64,000 bases of DNA from a virus, in the IMG/VR virus record IMGVR_UViG_3300036861_000733, positions 5,401-69,400 of that record. The stretch is one strand, 5' to 3'. Made by a program: the position numbers and the translations under genes. Positions 54,924 to 64,000 of the stretch are shown piece by piece; the stretch's first letter is position 1; each line of letters starts with the position of its first letter. A model generated the notes under the pieces. That model ran no database searches. It was not told the DNA's origin and worked only from the letters and a program-made list of their open reading frames with translations.

Positions 54924-55760
54924 CTAGCTCCCGACCTCACCAGCGAGGAATGCGGCGTTCGTCCCGGTACGGAACCAGAGGAAGCGCGCGGTGGTCGGCG
55001 TGCCCGACGCCTCTGATGAGTTCACGAACCGACCGATGCTCCAGGCGTTCGGCTCCGCGCTCAGCGTCTCGCTGCCGACCGGAATCCAGGTTAGGCCGTC
55101 GCGCGAGACGTACGATGCGAGGGTCAGCGTCGAACTCGTATATCTGAACTGCAAGTAAACCGGCTGATAGAGGACCAGCGCGCTCGCCGTGGCAATCTCG
55201 GCGACGCTCGACGGGGCGGTCGTGTAGTTGGCCGTAGACCCGTGGCGCACGTTCGCTACGCCGGTCCCGTTCTCGCGGATGCTGAGAGTGCGGAGAGCTG
55301 TCGGTGTGCTTTCGGTGCCGGCCACGAGCAAGATAAGGCCAGCAAGACGAGCGCTTGACGCACCGCCAGTCACGCAATTCCAGGACGGACTGAGCTTTGC
55401 GGTGACGGTGAAATCAGTTGCCACGGCCGGCCCATCAACCCAGCGGACGCGAAGGTTGGCCGAGCCGGCACCGACCGTTGAGAGTAGCGCGCTGTCGAGT
55501 TCCGCGACGTCCGTTGCGCCGCCCTGGTTCGCCCACCGCCACGTCGCCTCGAACCCGTCCAGGAACTCGTCGGAGCACGAAGCGACGAGCCCAGACGACG
55601 GCTTGCGGTCAGGGTGATACTGTGCACCTTCTGGCGATCCGCCGCCACTACCGCCCGCCAGCAGATCGAGAAGATTGTCGAACAATCTGCCTTCTGTTTC
55701 GGCCAGCGTCCAGGGACGGCCGATGGTACTCGGGTAGTCGGCGATTGTGAACTCGCTCAT
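54924..55760 (-). CDS. Tail or baseplate protein, with the start trimmed to the ATGA overlap with the upstream gene
   Basis: The first 103 codons of the track ORF are Arg-rich junk. Confidence 0.45.
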   Translation of the reverse strand: MSEFTIADYPSTIGRPWTLAETEGRLFDNLLDLLAGGSGGGSPEGAQYHPDRKPSSGLVASCSDEFLDGFEATWRWANQGGATDVAELDSALLSTVGAGSANLRVRWVDGPAVATDFTVTAKLSPSWNCVTGGASSARLAGLILLVAGTESTPTALRTLSIRENGTGVANVRHGSTANYTTAPSSVAEIATASALVLYQPVYLQFRYTSSTLTLASYVSRDGLTWIPVGSETLSAEPNAWSIGRFVNSSEASGTPTTARFLWFRTGTNAAFLAGEVGS

Positions 55761-56410
55761 CCGAAGCTCCCTATCACGCCCTCGCTTAATGTTGTGCTGA
55801 CGCGAAGGTCGTTGACGTCGGCGATCTCGTATCCGAACCCTAAAATCACAACACGGAAGGCCGGCATATACCACACGGCCAGTTCGCCCGTGTCGTTGGC
55901 CAACACTGATTGTCCAGTAACTGTTGCTGCATTGGCGTCTTCCACACCGTCGAGATAGAACCGCGGCGGATGCGTTATGCTTGTAACCCCAGGAACAACT
56001 GCCGAGGCCAGTGGTCGTGTCAGCGAATAGACAGAACCGGAGGTTGCAGGGAAAATATCTGCCAACCACAGTCCAGGGCAGAAGTAGATCAGTCGTCCAA
56101 CCTGTCGCGACAGTTCAAAGCGAATGAAGTCCTCTTCACGATCTACCAAGAACCTCACGCCGAACTCGCGTTTGTCGCCAACAAGCGGCGCCGCGGTTCC
56201 TCGATACGGAACTTGAACGATATGCGTCCTGGCCAGCGTTTCAAGAAGAATCACCCCGTCACTGGCAGCAACGGAAAGCCCACCGCCCTCGACCTCCGGC
56301 CAATCGCGGTAGAACTGACCGTCAAGATAGATCGAGCCATCCTGTGGCAGACCCTGATGGCCGAAGGGTGGAATCCAGTTAATGAAGCCGCCATCACCGC
56401 TCATCGGCAA
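55757..56410 (-). CDS. Tail or baseplate protein, 217 aa
   Basis: Position in the tail module. Confidence 0.45.
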   Translation of the reverse strand: MPMSGDGGFINWIPPFGHQGLPQDGSIYLDGQFYRDWPEVEGGGLSVAASDGVILLETLARTHIVQVPYRGTAAPLVGDKREFGVRFLVDREEDFIRFELSRQVGRLIYFCPGLWLADIFPATSGSVYSLTRPLASAVVPGVTSITHPPRFYLDGVEDANAATVTGQSVLANDTGELAVWYMPAFRVVILGFGYEIADVNDLRVSTTLSEGVIGSFG

Positions 56411-56579
56411 CTCCTCCGCTTTGCTCGCAGGTGTCGCGCTCGGTGACGATCAGAGCGGGAGTTTGGCTCGTGCCAGTGCGGACCGAGAGTTTGCATGTCG
56501 GCTTGCGCACCGGCCGACGCAAATGCGTAGCCAGACCAGCCGAAGCGACGGCGACGCGATGGAAAGTAGCAACGCCCGC

Positions 56580-57446
56580 TCATACCAGTCTCCCGGCCCG
56601 CAGTCCCATCCCGCCGTCGTCCCGCACCAGCCGTCTCGACAACTGTTGGATCTCGCCGCTTACTCCCTGGATAGCTTTCACCAGCGTGTTCGTGTCCCCA
56701 GGGCTCGTGGTGCGCACGGCGCGGTCAGTGCGCGACTCGCCACCTGTAAGTGTAAGTCCGCCGCTCGTAAGCCCGGGCGTCGGATCGCCGCCAGTGAAGG
56801 GCTTGCGAATGGCGGCGCCTTTCGGCCCAACGTCCTGACGAGAGTGCGGTGCACCGGCGCCGGTTGTGCCTCCGCCAGTTCCACCACCGCCACGCCCTGC
56901 GATCCTGAGCCCACGAGTTGCCGTTACATATCCAGAGACCAAGTAGATCGCTCCCGGCCCAAGCGTTGCGGTGCAATCCCACGCCTCGTGCTCGATCATC
57001 ATCGTGGGGTTATTTGGATCTGGGATCTTGACGGTTGTAAGCACACAAGCGTTGGCGCGAAAGACTTCCCAAGGGATTGCCCCGGTGCGGCTCTTACTGC
57101 TGCCACCACCGGCAGCCTTGACACCACCATCAGCAGGCGGAACAGATGGAGTGACACCGGCGGTCGTGCGCGGCTGAGCGATTGGACCAGGCGACAGAAA
57201 GCCACCTGGACCGAGCGGAGGCGCGGGCGTAATCGGGCGCCCATCCGGACCGAGGATCGGCGGCGGTACGTAGGGCGGCGCCGGCTTGAGACCTGCGGCC
57301 TGCACTACTGCCCGATGTTGCTGGTCGAGAGCGCGGTCCTGGAGATCCAAAACCGCCTCATAGGCGGGCACGAGGCGTGTGGTGATCTCGTCTGCCGCCA
57401 GCCGTGCTGCTGTGGCGTGCTCCCGCATGTTCTCAGCAAAGCTCAT
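56580..57446 (-). CDS. Tail protein, 288 aa, Gly/Pro-rich
   Basis: Lies downstream of the tape measure. Confidence 0.4.
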   Translation of the reverse strand: MSFAENMREHATAARLAADEITTRLVPAYEAVLDLQDRALDQQHRAVVQAAGLKPAPPYVPPPILGPDGRPITPAPPLGPGGFLSPGPIAQPRTTAGVTPSVPPADGGVKAAGGGSSKSRTGAIPWEVFRANACVLTTVKIPDPNNPTMMIEHEAWDCTATLGPGAIYLVSGYVTATRGLRIAGRGGGGTGGGTTGAGAPHSRQDVGPKGAAIRKPFTGGDPTPGLTSGGLTLTGGESRTDRAVRTTSPGDTNTLVKAIQGVSGEIQQLSRRLVRDDGGMGLRAGRLV

Positions 57447-57758
57447 CTATCCCGAGCCTCCACCGCCACCGCCGAAGTTGGGAAATGTCTGGCTGCCCGG
57501 ACCAAGGAACGACAGCGGAATCACCCCCCCAACCCACCAGAGGTTCGGAGCACGACTGATCGGAGCACGCTCACGTTGCCGTTCGAGTTGACGTTGCTTT
57601 GCACGTACCTCTCGGCAAGCCATAAGCCGCGCGTGGAGAGCGAAGATCAATTCGTCCAGACCGGCATTCGCCGTTTCGATCTGAGCTGCAAGCTCCTCTA
57701 CGCTAGCAATCAGACTCATGCTGCTCCACCTGCCAAGCAAGTCTCTAGTTCCTTGCAC
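57447..57758 (-). CDS. Small tail-associated protein
   Basis: Overlaps the end of the tape-measure gene. Confidence 0.35.
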   Translation of the reverse strand: MQGTRDLLGRWSSMSLIASVEELAAQIETANAGLDELIFALHARLMACREVRAKQRQLERQRERAPISRAPNLWWVGGVIPLSFLGPGSQTFPNFGGGGGGSG

Positions 57759-60700
57759 AAACCAATAGCAATCTCGGCTCGTTCATTGAATCCAGACAGC
57801 GCCGTATCCGCCTTGCCCCACGCCTCGGCGATTTCCTTACCGCGCTTACCGAGAGCTTCCAACTCTTCGTTGCCGTCCGTTGCGGCCTTTTCCACCTTGC
57901 CAATCCCCTCGGCCAGTTTTCCGGCCTCCGTTCCGCCCTTGCCGAGGTCCGTTGCGAGATGCGAGAAAATATCTGGTAATTTGAGCCCTGGCACTTTCCC
58001 TAGTTCCGTCAGCAATTTGCCAACTGGTTCCAGTGCCTCGCCTGCCGACTTATTAAGGGCACCAACTCCTTCGCCGGCATCCTTCCCTGTCTTCGCAACC
58101 TGCGCCTGAGCATCGGCGAGCCTTGGAAGCTGGCTTGCCGCGGTATCGGCTGCCTTAGCGGTGTCGTCCAAATTATCGGCCACCGTCTTTGCTGCTGTAC
58201 CAGCCTTGTCGGCCGCAATGGCTGCACTGTCGGCGGCAGCTCCGGTGTCTTGCAGTCCCTTGGCAGCATCCTGGCTTGCCACCGCGATACCGCCGATCTG
58301 ACCGGCTCCTTCCTTCGCCTTCTCCCCAAGCTCAATGACCTTCCCGCCTGCCTCAAGGAACACGTCCCCGGCGCGTTGACTCGCATCGGCAACGGTGAAG
58401 ACTCCCTGACCCGCTCTGTCTGCGGCGTCGTGGAACGCCAAGTAGCTGACCGCCGCAGTATCGGCTTGCTCTGCATTCTCCTGCGAGGCCGCCAACTGCT
58501 GAGTCATCGCCTCTGAGACGAGGTCTACTCCGAGAACGACATCGCTCAAGGCGCCCTGCACGGCCTCTGAACTACCGCCCAGCGCCTCGGCCGCGAACTG
58601 CGCATCATTGAAACCTAGCGACAGCGCTGGTAGGCTACTCGCTATCGTCGTTAGTGCCGATCCCATGTTCGTCACGCCGCCAGCAGCAGTTGTCGCCGAC
58701 GAGCCAAGGTCCGCTATGGAGCTTTTTGCTCCGGCTGCATTTTCACCGAGGAGAGCGAACGCCTTAGCTGCCGGTTCTGCATTTGACTTGAGAGCTACAA
58801 ACGCCGAACTTATTGAGTCTGTCAGCCCAACCATCCCTCGAATTCGCTCGATAAAGCCGTCCGCAGTAACGCCAGCCTGTTCAGCATAACGAGCAAATCC
58901 GGTAAGGAAGTTCTGTATTGTAGCGCTTGAAAGCTGGCCAGCATCGTTGACAGCCAATATACCTTCTACCAAGCCACGCAAGGAAGCCTGACCATCTGCA
59001 CCGAGGTTATTGAAAACCGCCCGGAATTCTTCAGACGAAGAGACGGCATCGAGCACACCCTCCCGGAAAGCCTTGGTCGCGTCTCCGGCAGCCTTTCCAA
59101 CTTGACGTAGACCGGCACCTGCTAGGGCGCCAGCCGTTGCTCCGGTGTTGCCCACGCGCTTGAAGTCACGTTCCAGCTTGGCGATACTTTCGTCCAACTG
59201 ATCGGCGCGCGCCTGGTCTTCGGCGCTGAGCTGCGGCTGCTCACGAAGTTTGGCAAGCTCGGCACGCTGTTCGGCCAGAGTCTTGGCGATCTCCTCGCCG
59301 CCAGTGCCGCGCTGCTCTTCGATTGCGGCGTCGGCCAGTTTTTTGATCCCGCGCAGGAAGGACTCGAACTGCTCCGTGCGCTGGCGCAGAGCAGACGCTT
59401 CCTTCTTGGCCAGTGCCTCCGCCGCCGCCTCTTGCTTCTTTTGTTCTTTCTCGTAGGCGGTCGTGAACTCAAAAACGCGCTTGCGGAGTTCTTCGATGGC
59501 CTGAGTGCGCTCGGTAAATGCTGCTTGTTCGGCAATCGGCAGTGAACGGATGGCTACAAGCTGTTTGTCGATCGCCTTGACGATCTTGTCGGCAACGGCG
59601 CGCTGGATTTCGCCGGTTTCGGGGAGAGCACGGGCCAGGGCGTCAACCGCCTTGAACCCAGCCTCCACTTTACGCTGAGCGTAATTGAGTTGGTTGCCAA
59701 CGTTGGTAGAGGAGTCGGCAAGGTTGTCGGCAGCACCGGCTGCTGAGTTGAGGGCACCGGCTGCTGGGAAGAGACTCTTTTCTAGATCGTCGAGAGATTT
59801 CTTTGCTTTGTTGATCCGCTCTTTGGCAATCTCGAAGAATTCGCTGAAGCCGGCGCCGCCTGGAATAGCCGCCGCAGCCACCGCTTGGAACCCGGCCGCG
59901 ATGGCACCCAAACTTTCACGAGTTGCTGTTGCACTTGCCAGACCAACCCTAGCAAGTGTAAGGAAGCCACTGACGATTTTACCGATGAATTCGACGGTTG
60001 GCTTCTCTTCGCTCAATAGGTTGCTGAAGTCCGTCGCCAGCGCTGCCACGGCTGGCGATAGTTGGTCTCCGGCGGCCGCCTTCGCTTCAAAACTGGCTGT
60101 AGAGAATCGACCCATTGCCGCCGTCGCAGACTTCGATGCTTCAGGCACCTGTTTGCCTACCTGCTCGCGCCACACCTCGCCGAACTTCTTAGCAAAATCT
60201 CCAGAATCGAGCAGACTATCGGTAACGGCATCACGGAATCTGCCTTGCTCAATATTCATCCGCTTGCCGGCCTCGATAGCGATGCCATACGACTGCGGCA
60301 ACGTATCACGTAGCTGCTGAGTCAACTCCTCCAAACGCACTGTTGGACCGCCAAGGATTTGTGTAAAGGCGCGCAGGACGAGAGCGAAGTCGTCTGTGGA
60401 AAGGCGACCAACCGTGGCACCTTCTGCAAGCGAAGTGAATAGTTTACGTGTACCTTCGCCTGCCAGGCTTGTTCTCTCAGACGCAGTAGCAACCTTGATA
60501 TAGCTTGCTGCCATCTCGGATAGGTCAAGACCGAGACGCAACGATTCGCTGCGAACAAAGGCGAACTCATCGGCCGCGCGCTTGCTCGATCCAAACACCG
60601 CCTCAAATTGGCGGTGGATGGCCTTCAGCTTTTCGGATGCAGTAAACGACTCTCCTCCCAACTTGCGAAGTTCGCTTACCGCCGCATAAACTATAAAGCT

Positions 60701-61375
60701 CTTGACGGCGGTTGTTGCCCGCTGAATCGACTCGGTGATGAGGTTGATTTGAGGGCGAGAGCCACGAATCGAGTCGCGCACCTGGTCTTGGGCGCCGCGG
60801 AAGTTCTTGGCCGCGGTTGTGGCCTGTCGGTACTCGTTCTCCAGTCGATCGACCTGAGCAACCGCTGCCGCCGGGATCGGAGAACCTGCCGCCGCCGCGT
60901 CACGAATTTCTTTGGCAAGTTGGTCGAGTGCTACCTTGGATCGCGTAGCTGCCGATTCGAGCGCCTTGCCAAACGTTGAGGAGCCGGATGTTGTGCGCGT
61001 GACGAAATCGTAGACTGCACTCTGGGCCTGGTTTACGGATGTGCGAAATGGACCAAGAGGATCGGCCGGACCGAACTCCTTGAAAGCGGGGCCGAGCTGC
61101 GCAACACGAGAGATGAGCGATTGAACCTGTGCCGTGGCCTCATTGATGCCATTGACGCGGAGGATTTTTGGTGCTGCGGTTTGGGTTGCAAGTTGGCGAA
61201 GTCGATTGAGAATAGAATCGACCTCAACCTTAGCTCTTGCCACATCTACGACAAGTGGATGCGCCTTGCCGAGTTTGTTGAGAGAATTTTCAGCACCCGA
61301 GACAAGCTGGTCCAAGGCGCGCTGAAGCGCCTCGAACCTCGCTACGCCTTCGAGAATGACCTGGTTGTCAGCCAT
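57716..61375 (-). CDS. Tail tape measure protein, 1219 aa
   Basis: Very long Ala-rich, predominantly alpha-helical or coiled-coil protein in the tail module. Confidence 0.7.
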   Translation of the reverse strand: MADNQVILEGVARFEALQRALDQLVSGAENSLNKLGKAHPLVVDVARAKVEVDSILNRLRQLATQTAAPKILRVNGINEATAQVQSLISRVAQLGPAFKEFGPADPLGPFRTSVNQAQSAVYDFVTRTTSGSSTFGKALESAATRSKVALDQLAKEIRDAAAAGSPIPAAAVAQVDRLENEYRQATTAAKNFRGAQDQVRDSIRGSRPQINLITESIQRATTAVKSFIVYAAVSELRKLGGESFTASEKLKAIHRQFEAVFGSSKRAADEFAFVRSESLRLGLDLSEMAASYIKVATASERTSLAGEGTRKLFTSLAEGATVGRLSTDDFALVLRAFTQILGGPTVRLEELTQQLRDTLPQSYGIAIEAGKRMNIEQGRFRDAVTDSLLDSGDFAKKFGEVWREQVGKQVPEASKSATAAMGRFSTASFEAKAAAGDQLSPAVAALATDFSNLLSEEKPTVEFIGKIVSGFLTLARVGLASATATRESLGAIAAGFQAVAAAAIPGGAGFSEFFEIAKERINKAKKSLDDLEKSLFPAAGALNSAAGAADNLADSSTNVGNQLNYAQRKVEAGFKAVDALARALPETGEIQRAVADKIVKAIDKQLVAIRSLPIAEQAAFTERTQAIEELRKRVFEFTTAYEKEQKKQEAAAEALAKKEASALRQRTEQFESFLRGIKKLADAAIEEQRGTGGEEIAKTLAEQRAELAKLREQPQLSAEDQARADQLDESIAKLERDFKRVGNTGATAGALAGAGLRQVGKAAGDATKAFREGVLDAVSSSEEFRAVFNNLGADGQASLRGLVEGILAVNDAGQLSSATIQNFLTGFARYAEQAGVTADGFIERIRGMVGLTDSISSAFVALKSNAEPAAKAFALLGENAAGAKSSIADLGSSATTAAGGVTNMGSALTTIASSLPALSLGFNDAQFAAEALGGSSEAVQGALSDVVLGVDLVSEAMTQQLAASQENAEQADTAAVSYLAFHDAADRAGQGVFTVADASQRAGDVFLEAGGKVIELGEKAKEGAGQIGGIAVASQDAAKGLQDTGAAADSAAIAADKAGTAAKTVADNLDDTAKAADTAASQLPRLADAQAQVAKTGKDAGEGVGALNKSAGEALEPVGKLLTELGKVPGLKLPDIFSHLATDLGKGGTEAGKLAEGIGKVEKAATDGNEELEALGKRGKEIAEAWGKADTALSGFNERAEIAIGLCKELETCLAGGAA

Positions 61376-61620
61376 AGACCGTCATCGTCACCATCAAATT
61401 GAACATTTGTTTGCCCCGCGCGGCCCGGGCGAAAGGTGGGAGGCGGCGGATGAGAGAGGCGCGCCGGACTGAGAACGTCGCCGGCCGCCCGTAACCTGAA
61501 TGCCGCCTACTCGCCAGGCGGGACACCGCCCGCGCAGGGGGGGAAGGTGCTACTACTTCAAACGAACTGTCAGCCTGACTAACCGTCTCTAAACATCAGA
61601 CCAAACCCATTGCCACCTGT

Positions 61621-62934
61621 TTAGGCCGCGGCCACAAGGTCCGCTACTTCATTTACGAACTCCGCCGTGATGGCGTTCGGATACGTCGCGTCGGTACTCG
61701 GATGCACCGTCGCCGTGATCGCCTCGTTCATCGTCGAGGCGTCGGTTGCCGTTGCTGTCGGCCCGCTCGGATCGCACAGCGGCGCGATGATCTCGGCGCT
61801 TTGATAGAGGTTGCCAGACGTGCCGATGCCAACTCCCGTAGACAGATGAACGCGAAGGTCGAACGTCTCTCCGAGTTCAAGTTTGCGCCGGATCTTCGTG
61901 TCCAAGTATTCACGATTGAGGCTGATCGCGTAGTCCCGGAGTCCGCGCTGACGAACGCGCCTGGAACGACGGCCGCCGAACCCGAACCGCGCCTCGGTGG
62001 GTTTGGAGAAGGTGATCGTTCCATCGTTCATCTCGAAGTCGGCGCCGTCGAAAGAGATTGTACTGAAGACTTCATTGACAACCAGTGCATCTGGGAAGCT
62101 CGGCACCCACACGTCGCGGACACGATCGAACCGGAGGATATCGCCAACGGCGAACGTGCCGGCCACCGGCCAGTAGATTTGGACGCGATCCCCTGGGTTG
62201 CCTTGGATGATATCGGCCTCGTCGGCGAAGTTCGTCCACTCGCCACGAGTCGCAATGGTTGTCCCAACGGACATCGCGTCGCCATCGCCGACCTTCCGCT
62301 TGAAGGTGATTAGAGTGGCCGTGACGGCGGTGATCTCCACATGGAAGTTCTGCGTTGCGTCCGTGCCGAATTGGGCCGCGTGCATGCCACGAAGTGCCGG
62401 GAACGCGGTGCCGGCACCGGCCGTGCGAACGGGATCATCGAAGTAGTCGCCGCGACCACCGACGAACGTTACGACCATTCCCACGAGCGCGCGCTCGGCG
62501 AACGTCAATTGAATCTGGCTGCACATGGCCGCAAGCAGCCGCTGCGCAATGCTGTCGTCACGCCAGCCGTACAGCGTACCTTGTGCCGGAAAGTCGCGGG
62601 CCGTTTTGACGAAGATCCGGTGTCGGTTGGCCCCGACCTCTGGCGTGTCAACCGCAGTGGTACGACCGCCAAGAAGTAGTGCCCACCACAGCCAGTCCTG
62701 CGCAACGTTCACCGCGTCGAGAGTGAGCGTACCGGCTGCTGGAACCTTGCCGACTAGGCCGCGTGACCGCTCCTCGGCTCGGGTGATGTTGGTGCGCTGG
62801 ATCGTTTCGGGCGTGTTGGTAAACGTCTCGCCGGCGAAGTTCTCGATGTCGTGGAAGGGACCGGCAACGCGAGGGACACCGGCGATGTCCTCGAAGGCGA
62901 AACGGCACAGGGCTTGCGATGGGTCGAACGACAT
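61621..62934 (-). CDS. Major tail or tail-tube-like structural protein, 437 aa
   Basis: Lies immediately upstream of the tape measure. Confidence 0.45.
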   Translation of the reverse strand: MSFDPSQALCRFAFEDIAGVPRVAGPFHDIENFAGETFTNTPETIQRTNITRAEERSRGLVGKVPAAGTLTLDAVNVAQDWLWWALLLGGRTTAVDTPEVGANRHRIFVKTARDFPAQGTLYGWRDDSIAQRLLAAMCSQIQLTFAERALVGMVVTFVGGRGDYFDDPVRTAGAGTAFPALRGMHAAQFGTDATQNFHVEITAVTATLITFKRKVGDGDAMSVGTTIATRGEWTNFADEADIIQGNPGDRVQIYWPVAGTFAVGDILRFDRVRDVWVPSFPDALVVNEVFSTISFDGADFEMNDGTITFSKPTEARFGFGGRRSRRVRQRGLRDYAISLNREYLDTKIRRKLELGETFDLRVHLSTGVGIGTSGNLYQSAEIIAPLCDPSGPTATATDASTMNEAITATVHPSTDATYPNAITAEFVNEVADLVAAA

Positions 62935-63020
62935 CGTTTATCTCCTGTCGGCAATCAACGCGCCATCAACATGTCGCGGTCGCGGTTGCAGTCAACGTGA
63001 CTCGGCCTACTTTTCCAGTT

Positions 63021-63263
63021 TTACGGTTCGCCGTCCTCCGATTCGTCCTCGTCCTGCTCCACTTCGCCACTGAGAACAGCCGGGACGATCTCGTAACCCT
63101 GTCGTTCGAGGTCGATCTTGCTCCGCTCACCTCTGGGCGTTGAAAAGTCGTACTCGATCTCAGCCGACTCGCCGCGAGCCAGGCGTACGGAGACATCGTC
63201 GAGCACGACGGTCAGGAACTCGGTCGGGCCGTGGGACTCGGGACGGGCGATCGTATAAAGCAT
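63021..63263 (-). CDS. Small acidic structural or assembly protein
   Basis: ORF in the tail module. Confidence 0.35.
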   Translation of the reverse strand: MLYTIARPESHGPTEFLTVVLDDVSVRLARGESAEIEYDFSTPRGERSKIDLERQGYEIVPAVLSGEVEQDEDESEDGEP

Positions 63264-63295
63264 AGTTTTTCCTCTTTCTAGTTACTAGACAGTAT

Positions 63296-63814
63296 TTACG
63301 CCGCCGATCTCAGCTTCCTATCGACTGCAACCACGTCGTATGGGAAGATGACGCGCTGGCCAGCGGCAAGGAAGGTTGGCGACCCATCCACGCCTTCTGG
63401 CGCCACGATGACCGTTTCCCAGCGCGGGGGCTTCGTTGTTCCGGTCAAAGCCAGCCGTGCTTCGCTGTCGATCTCCCGCTCGATCAATGTTCGCCAATAC
63501 GCCAACAGCGAATCGAACGACGGCTGGCTGCCCTCCAGATTTTCGGTAAAGAACTCGGCACACGCGAGGACGGAAACCGCATGTTCACCTTTGATGAGCT
63601 TGGAGAAGCCGAGTCGTTCGTCGGTTTGCACAGCCGACACGATGACCTGGGTTCCAGCACCAACCAGCGTGGCGATGTTGACGTGACGACGGACGATATT
63701 GCGCGCGCCGCCAAAGATCGCCAGAGTTACACCGTCACCGGCAAGTGCGCGATGGACCGCGATGGCGATTTGATCGCCGATCGACAGCGGAAGACTGCCC
63801 CAAGGTGACGGCAT
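63296..63814 (-). CDS. Hypothetical structural protein, start trimmed
   Basis: ORF 63296..63859 in the track. Confidence 0.35.
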   Translation of the reverse strand: MPSPWGSLPLSIGDQIAIAVHRALAGDGVTLAIFGGARNIVRRHVNIATLVGAGTQVIVSAVQTDERLGFSKLIKGEHAVSVLACAEFFTENLEGSQPSFDSLLAYWRTLIEREIDSEARLALTGTTKPPRWETVIVAPEGVDGSPTFLAAGQRVIFPYDVVAVDRKLRSAA

Positions 63815-63832
63815 CGGGTTACGCCACCTTTC

Positions 63833-64000
63833 CCTTAAGGATGTAGCCGGTCGCCGCATCTCTGATCGCGCGTTCCAACTCCGGGTTGCGGGTCATGTGA
63901 GGACGACGAGGTAGGCGGAGTCCACGGCGCAACGTCGATTCCTTGAGCCAGACGCCGAAGTCCAGCCCAAGCCGCCAGAACATGGCCCACCGGCGAGTCC
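63833..64000 (-). CDS. 3' end of a further minus-strand gene that runs off the window
   Basis: Open minus-strand frame ending with a stop near 63833; partial. Confidence 0.2.

Larger units (their letters stand above)
1..64000. mobile_element. Tailed-phage or prophage genome segment. Packaging, early, replication, lysis-like and tail modules are all present; no host-like housekeeping genes were seen.
   Basis: TerS and TerL, two HNH domains, a tape measure and tail genes, RtcB, PolA, helicase, a holin-like gene, and a conserved phage-type promoter architecture. Confidence 0.8.

Noticed and set aside
1-64000. Integrase, attL/attR direct repeats and host flanks
   Set aside because: No tyrosine- or serine-recombinase motifs were seen. 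The tRNA-like 3' half at 26404-26440 has no second copy that I could find in the window, so the prophage boundaries cannot be placed from this sequence alone.

Overview
The whole 64-kb window, GC about 63%, reads as a tailed-phage or prophage genome segment. It is organised into alternating blocks of co-oriented genes, each preceded by the same conserved promoter element.

From left to right:
- A minus-strand packaging and structural region from 13.5 kb to 1 bp. It holds TerS, TerL, two HNH endonuclease domains, an ~850-aa protein carrying about 30 tandem peptide repeats, and a long ORF running off the window at 1..1392 that the ORF track omits.
- Plus-strand blocks of small early-type genes at 13.8-18.3 kb and 19.5-22.3 kb.
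- A minus-strand cassette of envelope-targeted proteins at 23.8-26.4 kb.
- An RtcB RNA ligase gene followed on the same strand by a tRNA-like element.
- A minus-strand replication and recombination module at 28.8-42.2 kb. It holds a family-A DNA polymerase with an N-terminal UDG-family-4-like domain, an ERCC4/XPF-like nuclease, a Sak4-like ATPase and an SF2 DEAH helicase.
- Two short plus-strand regulator cassettes, one winged-HTH and one XRE-HTH, each transcribed divergently from compact switch regions.
- A holin-containing membrane-protein block at 43.7-47.9 kb.
- A minus-strand tail module at 49.5-64 kb with a 1219-aa tape measure.

The features I would look at first are:
- About ten copies of an extended promoter motif, AGGGGCTTGACA-N-CGCCTA. 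Three of them form divergent pairs, with leaderless or near-leaderless regulator genes beside them.
- An approximately 25-bp repeated element upstream of four consecutive small genes, which overlaps the Shine-Dalgarno region and is 'start-associated-sequence'-like.
- A 7-copy tandem array of a 17-bp iteron with three satellite copies.
- The RtcB plus tRNA-like operon.

No integrase, att site, CRISPR array or rRNA was seen. All functional calls rest on motif recognition by eye and need a homology search to confirm.
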